The notes under the pieces: model-generated
Databases searched by the model: none
What the model saw: only the letters and a program-made list of their open reading frames with translations
What the model was told of the DNA's origin: nothing
Shown here: piece after piece, positions 18,475 to 26,367 of the stretch
Numbering within the stretch: position 1 is the stretch's first letter
Layout: every line of letters starts with the position of its first letter
DNA from: a virus
Lineage: Duplodnaviria > Caudoviricetes
Virus record (IMG/VR): IMGVR_UViG_3300037478_000320
Span: 1-54,218 of that record
DNA length: 54,218 bases
Direction: 5' to 3' (one strand)
Translations under genes and position numbers: made by a program

Positions 18475-18660
18475 TCAGCCCTTGATGATGGAGCTCCCAA
18501 GGTCGGTGGGCTCGAGGGTTCGAGCTCCCCAGCGAACCAGTCCAGCCTTGATCATCGCCGGAATGAGGGTGTCATCGGAGACGCGGGGCTCGAGATTGGC
18601 GTGGAGGGCACGAAGAACCTGGCGGGCGGCGGCGGCTCGGTTGGTGTTCTTGATTTCCAT
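18475..18660 (-). CDS. Small hypothetical protein (61 aa, wHTH-like end)
   Basis: Leaderless start behind promoter copy 5; L...GLV......PTDLG pattern. Confidence 0.55.
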   Translation of the reverse strand: MEIKNTNRAAAARQVLRALHANLEPRVSDDTLIPAMIKAGLVRWGARTLEPTDLGSSIIKG

Positions 18661-18713
18661 GTTTCTCAGTATACCCACCAATTCAGGGAGCGCAAGTGGA
18701 ATCCGTCAGAAAA
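18661..18713 (-). promoter_or_regulatory. Repeated promoter cassette, copy 5
   Basis: Reverse strand reads TTTTCTGACGG...CTTGCGC...GGGTATACTGAGAAAC-ATG. Confidence 0.75.
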
Positions 18714-18844
18714 CGACCCCGGGACCGATTTTCTTCCGAATCGGATAAAACCGTCAGAAAACCCTTGCAATCGGCGTTAGGGGTGTCGTACGTTGCTTGA
18801 AACACCGCGTACCAAGTTCACCTGACACCGGAGAAGTTTCTGAC

Positions 18845-19471
18845 ATGTTCGTCACCACCCGAGAGATCCTGTATTCGGCCTTGAGAGCCGTTCAACCCTT
18901 CATGTCCAAGGATGAGACCCGAGAGCACATGAACGGCGTTCGCATCGAGTTCGCCGACGGCGAGTGCCACCTGATCGCCACGGACGGAGTCGCCCTGGCG
19001 CATGTCAAGCTCGTGCGACCTGTTGGTGAGCGCGCCCCTAGCAATCTAGGGTTCTTCCTGACATCCGACCGGGTCAAAGAGGCGATCGCTCATGTCCGAC
19101 CGAAGGCGAAGGAGAGAGATCAACGCGTCGAGGTTCGAATCGCCGAGGGTATGGCGGCCGTTTTCCAACTCAGGGACGCCAACGGCAGTACCGACGGTCT
19201 GACATTCCGTCTCACGAAGACATCCGAGTTCCCTCCCTGGCGCCAGGTCACACCGCCCCGTGAGCACGTCAAGAAACCTACGGCCTTCGTCGGTATCGGG
19301 GGCTGGCAGCTAGAGCGCGCGGGGAAAGCGTGCAAGGCGTTCATGCCCACCGGCGTCGATCGGGGCTTCGTCGTTCGCACGCCAGAGTCGGAGCTCCACC
19401 CCGTGCGCCTCGACACCGACCACCCCGACCGCGGTTCCCTAACCGTCGTCATCATGCCGATGAGGGTCTGA
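18845..19471 (+). CDS. Beta sliding clamp-like protein (shortened DnaN fold)
   Basis: S.DETR...NGV, ATDG..LA, FP.W..V and terminal IMPMR motifs. Confidence 0.8.
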   Translation: MFVTTREILYSALRAVQPFMSKDETREHMNGVRIEFADGECHLIATDGVALAHVKLVRPVGERAPSNLGFFLTSDRVKEAIAHVRPKAKERDQRVEVRIAEGMAAVFQLRDANGSTDGLTFRLTKTSEFPPWRQVTPPREHVKKPTAFVGIGGWQLERAGKACKAFMPTGVDRGFVVRTPESELHPVRLDTDHPDRGSLTVVIMPMRV

Positions 19472-20064
19472 TGCGTCACCAGCACGACACCATCCCCGGC
19501 GACGTCTCCCTGTGCCGGTGCGGGCAGGGTAGGGCACACCTTGCGTGTGACTGCTTCGGTGTGGCCCTCGAGCACAGGCAGGAGCTCTACGCCCGAGCCC
19601 TGCAGCTCACCCGCAACCGCGCCGTCGCGGAGGACGTGCTACAGGAAACCCTCACCCGGGCGTTCGGCGCCTGGGAGCGCTTCGACGGGCGCAACGTCAG
19701 GGCATGGCTTCACCGGATTCTGACGAACTCCTTTATCACGCACTGGCGGTCGGAGTCCCGAGGGCGGATCGCGCGGGATCGTCTCCGGCGTGAGCTCGAT
19801 GAGGCGGTCGGGCCGGATGTCCCCGAGGGACTGTCAGACGAAGTTCAGTCCGCGCTCTTGTCGCTGCCGATGTGCTACTGGTCGGTGATCGTCCTGGCCG
19901 ACATGAAGGGCGAGAGCTACCGGCGTATTGCTGAGATGATCGGCGCCCCGATCGGGACCGTGATGTCTCGCTTGTTCCGCGGACGGCGGCTACTGCGCTC
20001 GGCTTTGAGCGAGTACGCGAGGGCTGAGTACGGAATTTCTGACGATGAGCGGAATAGTCTCTGA
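19471..20064 (+). CDS. ECF sigma-70 factor (SigR/SigH-like)
   Basis: Region 2 AEDVLQET..RA...RAWL.RILTN; region 4 SY..IAE..G.PIGTVMSRL.RGRR.L; ATG overlaps the clamp stop. Confidence 0.9.
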   Translation: MRHQHDTIPGDVSLCRCGQGRAHLACDCFGVALEHRQELYARALQLTRNRAVAEDVLQETLTRAFGAWERFDGRNVRAWLHRILTNSFITHWRSESRGRIARDRLRRELDEAVGPDVPEGLSDEVQSALLSLPMCYWSVIVLADMKGESYRRIAEMIGAPIGTVMSRLFRGRRLLRSALSEYARAEYGISDDERNSL

Positions 20065-20078
20065 CGCACGAAGCGTTG
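20051..20078 (+). promoter_or_regulatory. Candidate ECF (SigR/SigH-type) promoter
   Basis: GGAAT-N18-CGTTG, followed by SD-like AAGGAA and ATG at 20113. Confidence 0.4.
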
Positions 20079-20112
20079 TAGTACATAGAAACCTCTAACA
20101 AGGAAATCAGAT

Positions 20113-20766
20113 ATGGATACTGTCAGGTACAAGTACACACTCGAAGGCACTTCTCCTCTCCTCATGCACGCGAACAACGTCGATGCCCGAGACGCTCTCG
20201 AAAAGGAGCGAGCGACGGCGACCAAAGGCGGCAAGCGTGGCGACGACCGGAGCCCCGCCCACACGTGGAAAAGCTACCTCTACCACGACGGCGAAAGCCT
20301 GATCGTCCCTCTCGAGAACATGTTGGCGATGCTCATCGCCGCCGGCAAGAAGGTCAAGGTGCAGGGCAAAGAGACCCTGAAGACCTACACCACCCTGATC
20401 GACTTCGAGCAACAGGACGTGGCGTTGATGGTCGATGGAAAGCCGGTCAAGATGAGCGCCATCGCAGCCATCAAGGGCGACTTCGACGCCCAGCGCGCCG
20501 CCGCCGCCAAGCTCGGGTTCCGCCTCGACGTCAGACCGGTCCGCGTCGGTCAGAGTTCCCACATCCGCGTCCGACCGACGTTCGACCGGTGGTCTCTCGA
20601 GGGAACCTTCGCCATCGACAGCACCGACATCGACGTGCTGACCCGCGACCGCCTCGAGCTGCTCTTCGCCATCGCCGGTAAGCGGTGCGGCCTTCTCGAC
20701 TGGCGACCGAACGCACCGACCCCGGGCCGCTTCGGTCGGTTCGCTCCCACCATCGAGGCGATCTGA
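20113..20766 (+). CDS. Stand-alone RAMP/Cas7-like RNA-binding protein (Vipr-like effector)
   Basis: RAMP hallmarks: first strand LEGTSPLLMH, IVP...L...L helix start, thumb-like hairpin VRPVRVGQSSHIRVRP, C-terminal Gly-rich loop GLLDWRP....GRFGRF; adjacent repeat array; no other cas genes in the locus. Confidence 0.75.
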   Translation: MDTVRYKYTLEGTSPLLMHANNVDARDALEKERATATKGGKRGDDRSPAHTWKSYLYHDGESLIVPLENMLAMLIAAGKKVKVQGKETLKTYTTLIDFEQQDVALMVDGKPVKMSAIAAIKGDFDAQRAAAAKLGFRLDVRPVRVGQSSHIRVRPTFDRWSLEGTFAIDSTDIDVLTRDRLELLFAIAGKRCGLLDWRPNAPTPGRFGRFAPTIEAI

Positions 20767-21260
20767 TGGACGCGAAAGACATTCGCTACCAGCGCGACGC
20801 CGCCTTCATTGGCCTACGCCCGCTCCTCGAGAGCAAGAAGCGCGGCGACAGGATCACCGCCGCCGAGATCCGAGACGCGACCGGCTTCGACGACTGGAAA
20901 GGGCTGCGCTCGAGGATCCGGCAGTACTTCGAGGCGAAGGGACTTTTCCTTCGCGCCGTCCCGAACGACGGCTACCGGATCATCGCCGGCAACGAACACG
21001 CCGACGAGTCGGCCCGACACCAGCGCACGGCTCTGAAGCGAGAGATCAAGTCCCTGAACGTCATCTCATCGGCTCCGGTCGAGGAGTTGTCGGATGATGA
21101 GGTCCGCCGTGTGCGTTTTCAGCGCGATCGGTCGGTCCGTCGCGTGGAGCTCGCCGCGAGCCACGACCAGGACAACTATCACAAGCTCGGGATCAAGCCC
21201 CTTCGGCAGAGGATCCCGGCGCTTCGCCTCAAGAGCGGAGACGAGCAAGAGCAGAGTTAG
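20766..21260 (+). CDS. Winged-helix-like accessory protein of the RAMP locus (164 aa)
   Basis: TGATG coupling to the RAMP gene; GD.IT..EI...R....L.AVPNDGYRI wHTH-like pattern plus basic helical C-terminus. Confidence 0.65.
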   Translation: MDAKDIRYQRDAAFIGLRPLLESKKRGDRITAAEIRDATGFDDWKGLRSRIRQYFEAKGLFLRAVPNDGYRIIAGNEHADESARHQRTALKREIKSLNVISSAPVEELSDDEVRRVRFQRDRSVRRVELAASHDQDNYHKLGIKPLRQRIPALRLKSGDEQEQS

Positions 21261-21270
21261 ATTTCCGTCC

Positions 21271-21948
21271 GGCATGGCATGGTTCGGTGCGCTTGGGTTA
21301 GGCTCGGCAGGGCGCGGCTTGGTACGGACGGGCACGGTAAGGCACGGCTTGGCGAGCAGCCCTCGGGGAGATCACGTTCAAACCGAGGGCACTAAGTATG
21401 GCTGGTCTAGGTCTGTTGTGGCATGGCGAGGCGCGGATCGGTCGGGCTTGTTCTGGCGGGTTGTGACAGGGTAAGCAGCCCTCGGGGAGATCATGCTCAA
21501 ACCGAGGGCACCAATTCAAGGTCAGTTCAGGCTAGGTCCGGCATGGCCGGGTCCGGCACGGTGTTGCGGGGCGGGGTTTGGCTAGGCTAGTTCTGGAAGG
21601 CGAGCAGCCCTCGGGGAGATCACGTTCAAACCGAGGGCACCAAGTGTGGTCCGGTTGGTTAGGTCGGGTTTGGTAGGACGTGGTATTGCTGGCTATGGTG
21701 TGGCAAGGTATGGTGAGCAGCCCTCGGGGAGATCACGTTCAATCCGAGGGCACCAAACAGGGTGTGGTGTTGTCTGACGGGGTTGGGCTAGGCGAGGCTC
21801 GGTGAGTTTGGGCCAGGCGCGGCAAGCTGCGGTTTGGCGAGCAGTCCTCGGGGAGATCACGTTCAAACCGAGGGCACCAACATGGCAGGTTGTGGCGCGG
21901 CGGGGTCGGCTCGGGTGTGGTTAGGTTCGGTCAGACAGGGGACGGCTC
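21271..21948 (+). ncRNA. Array of six candidate guide RNAs made of GGY-NN pentamer tracts
   Basis: Tracts at 21271-21355, 21400-21474, 21520-21603, 21648-21716, 21761-21840 and 21884-21948; 13-17 pentamers each; positions 1-3 mostly GGC/GGT, positions 4-5 variable. Confidence 0.8.
21356..21877 (+). repeat. Five 37-nt hairpin direct repeats GCAGCCCTCGGGGAGATCACGTTCAAACCGAGGGCAC
   Basis: Copies at 21356, 21475, 21604, 21717 and 21841 (periods 119, 129, 113, 124); 8-bp stem GCCCTCGG/CCGAGGGC. Confidence 0.95.
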
Positions 21949-22131
21949 GCCGTCGGATTGCAAACGCTTTCCGATCGCGGGCCGTTTTCTGTCTGACGGC
22001 TGAGGGGCGTTTGGGGACTCCCGACCGCCCCCGTTCGCCCCAGTGTCTCAAAAGTGGGCACCCTTGAATTTCACTTACCGTTGAAATTGCTGATATGGGA
22101 TCCGGACCGGGTTTTGCTTTATTCCCGCCTC

Positions 22132-22887
22132 ATGGGATACAAGCCTAAAACTCCGACCAATGCCGATCTGAGCAACCTGATCCACCGACAGGCTGCCGAC
22201 CAGTCAGAAGTCAACGAGAGCGTCGCAAACAAACTCCTGGCCATCGACGCCGCCGTCGGGGAGATCGCCAAGCTCGTCAGAGGCGTGGTCGCCGACGTGG
22301 ACCGGAACACCGAGGGCCTCGCTCGAGTCGAGGAAGCCATCAGCGTAAGAGCGAACGGACACGACCCGCGGCCCGTCATGGTCAAAACGGCCCCTGACAT
22401 CGAGAAGCTACTAGCCCCAGGGTCCATGTATTTGGCTGACATCGTCAGCGAGGCCGATGAACCGGCCGAGGTGGTTCAGAGAAAGCTGGACGAGCTGATC
22501 GCGGCCGACAAGGTTTGGAAGACGGATGACGTCTACCCTACTTACTCCCTGAGGAACGAGAACTATGTCGGAGACGACACGGCTGTTCCTGTCTTGATGG
22601 ACGCGATCCGCCGTCTGATCTCTGTCGAGCCAACCAACCAAGGCGAGCTCGAGGAAGCTACCGGGGCCAGGACACAACGCATTAGCGACTGCCTGACTCG
22701 GATGCAAAAGACCGGGGAGATCCTGAAACTAGAGAATCGGAATGGATCTCCCTATTTCCGACCAGAGGATCAGAGCCCGAAGGCCAGAAAAGCCAGGAAA
22801 GCAGCGTACCACCGAAGGGTAGCTAAGAAGAAACGAGATAAGGAAAAGCGAGATAAGGAGAAGTCGGGGTTCAGGACGCCTTCGTGA
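22132..22887 (+). CDS. Putative DNA-binding protein: coiled coil, two wHTH-like domains, basic tail
   Basis: LADIV.......VQRKLDELI...KV and NQGELEEATG.....ISDCLTRM...GEI patterns. Confidence 0.6.
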   Translation: MGYKPKTPTNADLSNLIHRQAADQSEVNESVANKLLAIDAAVGEIAKLVRGVVADVDRNTEGLARVEEAISVRANGHDPRPVMVKTAPDIEKLLAPGSMYLADIVSEADEPAEVVQRKLDELIAADKVWKTDDVYPTYSLRNENYVGDDTAVPVLMDAIRRLISVEPTNQGELEEATGARTQRISDCLTRMQKTGEILKLENRNGSPYFRPEDQSPKARKARKAAYHRRVAKKKRDKEKRDKEKSGFRTPS

Positions 22888-23224
22888 GAGTCTCTGAGAG
22901 AGTCTCCTCGGCTTCAATGTCGTAGCACCACTTCGCGACGTCCCTCAGAACTCCAAAGGATCCCATTACCACCATCTCGACGCAGGACGGAGACCCTGGG
23001 GTCGGTGTCTTCCTGATGTAGTCGGCGACTTCAGATCCGACCATCCGAGCCAGTTCCCACTTAAGGGGCTCTGACAAGTCCGTGGACGCTGTTCGGTTGA
23101 TGATGTCTTTGGCTACTTGGAAGCCCTTTGTCTGGGCCCTGTTGACCTCGCGCTCTCTGTAGGCGTCGGAGATCTTGGCCGTGAGTTGGAACGTCAGGAG
23201 CTTCTGCTCATTGGAGATTTTCAT
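22871..23224 (-). CDS. Hypothetical protein
   Basis: 117 aa, SD GAGG upstream. Confidence 0.6.
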   Translation of the reverse strand: MKISNEQKLLTFQLTAKISDAYREREVNRAQTKGFQVAKDIINRTASTDLSEPLKWELARMVGSEVADYIRKTPTPGSPSCVEMVVMGSFGVLRDVAKWCYDIEAEETLSETLTKAS

Positions 23225-23405
23225 TTTATTTCCTCAGTTTGTTTGTGTGACCCACAGTACCGGTAAAAACGTTGTATACCATCGGGCGAAAACCCTAAAA
23301 GCGCTGATATATCAGCTATATGCCTGGCTCAGCGGATTAATCCGCCGCTCCTGGATCCTGGGGACAAATCCCCCACACCTGCGCCGAACTGCCAGACATA
23401 GTGGA

Positions 23406-23924
23406 TTAATCCGCCGCTCCTGCAAAAACCCTGATCGGCTTAAGGCGACCCAGGCGGAACAACCCAATCCCAATGGCGTCGATGCAGTCGTGATCGTTTT
23501 CCTTGAGCAGAGCCCAGAGCTCGAGCTCCCCGCCCTCGAGGCGAGAGCGTATCCGCCGGCTCCTGGGGCTCTCCCTGCAGTCCCCCTCAGTCGCCTTGGG
23601 AATCCCGTCCGACCACGTCCTGGGCAAGTAGGAAGTGATTGTGGCGCCAATGAGAGCCCCTACGGCGACTCCCACGCCTGCCATTGGAGGCAGGCTCTTC
23701 GCGGGGACCTTCGAGCGGTCGCCGCGGTAGATCTGGGGCCACTCGGTCACGAGCTCGGCGACGCCGGCCGGAAGGGAGTCGGCGACCCGCATTGCCATCT
23801 GCCGGCAGCGCTCGGCGACGTCCCCGGTGGACCGGAGAGTAACGCGCTCCACGTGGACAAGTCTCTGACTGACGAATGTCGCCACCCCACAGGACCGGAC
23901 CGACGGATCGAGGGCTACTATCAC
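23406..23924 (-). CDS. RuvC-like Holliday junction resolvase
   Basis: VALDPS, E.PQ.Y and HD..DAIGIG acidic catalytic pattern. Confidence 0.75.
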   Translation of the reverse strand: MIVALDPSVRSCGVATFVSQRLVHVERVTLRSTGDVAERCRQMAMRVADSLPAGVAELVTEWPQIYRGDRSKVPAKSLPPMAGVGVAVGALIGATITSYLPRTWSDGIPKATEGDCRESPRSRRIRSRLEGGELELWALLKENDHDCIDAIGIGLFRLGRLKPIRVFAGAAD

Positions 23925-24148
23925 CGGCGTCTCTCCAGGCGCTCCAACGTCTTCTTACGCTCGCGGTCGAACATGGAGGCGACGAAGTGTTGGTGAACTC
24001 CGAACGCCACCAAGACCCGATCCAGAGCCCAGACGGAGACGTGAGCGGCTAGCCCTAGGAAGACGGCGAGTCCGCACAGCCCGACGGCGGCGAGGGCGAC
24101 CCGCTGGGCGATCTCAAGCATCGTCCACCGCGTCCGTCCCGCCTTCAC
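23921..24148 (-). CDS. Small membrane protein
   Basis: Hydrophobic stretch; overlaps both neighbours. Confidence 0.45.
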   Translation of the reverse strand: MKAGRTRWTMLEIAQRVALAAVGLCGLAVFLGLAAHVSVWALDRVLVAFGVHQHFVASMFDRERKKTLERLERRR

Positions 24149-24353
24149 AGCGCTCGGTGAACAGCTGGTAGAGATCGTCAGTCAGATCGCTGATCTCGTC
24201 GGCCGTCATCGAACCGGGACCAAACCGAACGATCGCGCTGTTGAGAATGTCTTTCAGCTCCGAGTCAGGTGCCCAGGGCTTACGTTTTGTAGCCACGGTC
24301 TCAAATGAGAAACCTACGGTGTCAAAGACGTTGAAGGGATCGACGGGGTTCAT
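24114..24353 (-). CDS. Hypothetical protein
   Basis: ATGA coupling to the methyltransferase stop. Confidence 0.55.
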   Translation of the reverse strand: MNPVDPFNVFDTVGFSFETVATKRKPWAPDSELKDILNSAIVRFGPGSMTADEISDLTDDLYQLFTERCEGGTDAVDDA

Positions 24354-25657
24354 GACGCTTTCTCCTGTTGAAAAGATTCTGACTCGCTGAGCACGTGCTC
24401 AATCCGCGCCTTGGCGATCTCGCAATACTCCGCGCTTTGCTCGCAGCCGATGAAACTCATGCCTTCCTCGAGGGCGGCGACGCCGGTCGAGCCCGAGCCA
24501 GTGAACGGATCTAAAACCACGCCACCCGGAGGCGTGATGAGCCGAATCAGCCAGCGCATGAGATCGAGCGATTTGACTGTCGGATGAAAGTTCTTAGCCC
24601 CGCCGTTGCGCCCGGCGCCGGCGCGGGGATTCTTCGTCCCCTTGCTGCCGTCTTTTCGTCCGGTGGCCTCGCCGCCGCTCTTCGTCTCGAGATCCTCGCA
24701 GCCCCGGTCGCGCTCCTTACGGTGCGGCTTGGCGACGTAGAAGAATCGAGAGGCACCGCCGCCGTCGCCGCGATCGTTAGGGCTCGTAGGAGTTGCGCCG
24801 GATTTGAAGTCAACCACACCCCTATTGCCGGAAGGTCTGGGCTTGCTTGATCGAACCTTTCCCGGCTTTGCGATACCGCTCTGACTGTCCAGCTCTGCGA
24901 CCGGGCAGCCCGGCGCGCACTGGGCGACCTCGCAGTCTGGGGAATGGGAGAGCGTAAGGTGCGCGGGGAATCGCCCGCTATCATCGCCGATCCGGCAGCC
25001 GTCGATGTTCAGCGCCCCGGTCCCGTGAGTCAGAAGATTCTTCGAGATCGTCCCCTTGAAGGGCTTGCGTGCGAGCCACCAATCCTCACAAGCGGGTTTG
25101 AGCGCCGTTCCCCAGCCTTCCCACTCGCGGGCTTCGGGGGATCCGGCGGTGGTCGGCGTGGCGTGGTAGGTGAGGCCGGATAGAGAACGCTCGTCTCCGT
25201 GACCCTCACAGGGCTTTCCGGCCTTCAGAAACACGCATGTTTGATTCCCGAGGTCACCGCCCGGGACGCGCACCGCTCCCATGAGGTTGTCGATATCTAG
25301 AGCGACGTTCCTTGACTTCGGAAAACCCGTTCCGAAGAAGTGAGACACTCGATCTCGGATCTCGAACCCTGCGAGCTCTAGCGCCGTCGCCGTCCAGTGC
25401 GACGTCCTAGGGATCGCCCAGACCAGAGCGTGACCGCCGGGCTTCAGGGCGCGTAACGACGGAGCGAGGGTCTCCGCGAGCCACGCGACCCATTGATCGC
25501 GACCGCCCTTGTCGCCGTCCCAGCCCTTGCCCATAAATGAAATCCCGGCCGGTGGATCCGTAACGATGGCGTCGACGGTGTTTTCTCCGAGGAGCCCCAA
25601 GTCAGAAGAGTCGCCGTTCAGGAGCACGACCCGCTCGCTGTGAATGATCGGCTTCAT
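24350..25657 (-). CDS. DNA amino-methyltransferase (N6A/N4C, beta class)
   Basis: Motif IV VTDPPA, HPTVK, motif I VLDPFTGSGSTG. Confidence 0.9.
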   Translation of the reverse strand: MKPIIHSERVVLLNGDSSDLGLLGENTVDAIVTDPPAGISFMGKGWDGDKGGRDQWVAWLAETLAPSLRALKPGGHALVWAIPRTSHWTATALELAGFEIRDRVSHFFGTGFPKSRNVALDIDNLMGAVRVPGGDLGNQTCVFLKAGKPCEGHGDERSLSGLTYHATPTTAGSPEAREWEGWGTALKPACEDWWLARKPFKGTISKNLLTHGTGALNIDGCRIGDDSGRFPAHLTLSHSPDCEVAQCAPGCPVAELDSQSGIAKPGKVRSSKPRPSGNRGVVDFKSGATPTSPNDRGDGGGASRFFYVAKPHRKERDRGCEDLETKSGGEATGRKDGSKGTKNPRAGAGRNGGAKNFHPTVKSLDLMRWLIRLITPPGGVVLDPFTGSGSTGVAALEEGMSFIGCEQSAEYCEIAKARIEHVLSESESFQQEKAS

Positions 25658-26367
25658 GCGGGAGACCAGTCGTCGTCGTGCACCCTGGAAAGGATTCCAA
25701 TTCGAATAGGCTTCTTAAGACGAACCGGAGGATTCCAGTCTGCAACAGACAGCGTGATCCGCTCGTCGCAGGCAGCGCAACGGGTGACACCTTTGATCGA
25801 GTACCTCGCTGGGTGCTTGCACTTATCTGGATCGCTCGATGCCTGGTAGCTTGGATCGCCGGGGCAGGGGACGCCCGCCTTAGCGTTCATCTCACTGACA
25901 CGACAAACTTTGCAGTAGAGGAACATCCCCCCTAGCGACCAGTCGTGCTTCCGCGCGACCGGCTCGGTCTTCTCGTGGTTGACGGCCTGAGGCACCGCCC
26001 CGTCGCAGCCCGATAGACAACGAACGTAGGAGCCGATCACGACCTCTCCCGGGTGACCGCAGGGCGCCGGTTTACACGCGCCGTTCATAGGAGCCACGAC
26101 ACGATCAAGGTGGCGACGGCGACCAGTCCGACAAACACCGTGGGGCTCTCGAGGACGCGGACCGCCGGGGACCGGAAGGTCACGCGCTCGAGCTCCTTGC
26201 ACTCGGGGGACTCGACTTCTCTTCGGAGCTTCATCGTTTTCGAGCTTTCTTCGCCGCCTTCTCGCGGCGTTTGATCCACTTCCCGAGCGCCGTGTCAACC
26301 TGCCCGCCAATGGCGGTACCAATCGACCAGCCGCAGGATTTGGCGGCTTCCGTCAGAAACTCTCTGA

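Noticed and set aside
21356-21877. Canonical CRISPR array
   Set aside because: The intervening segments are 76-92 nt and internally periodic (GGY-NN) rather than foreign-derived, and no cas1, cas2 or cas6 is present
21066-22067. ORFs overlapping the array (21066-21335, 21094-21474, 21298-21519, 21834-22067, 21863-22051)
   Set aside because: The 5-nt periodicity and 4-nt slips do not fit codon structure, and the translations are low complexity
24350-25657. Inactive methyltransferase or restriction-modification system
   Set aside because: DPPA in place of DPPY is not enough to call it inactive, and no cognate endonuclease is adjacent; orphan methyltransferases are routine in phages
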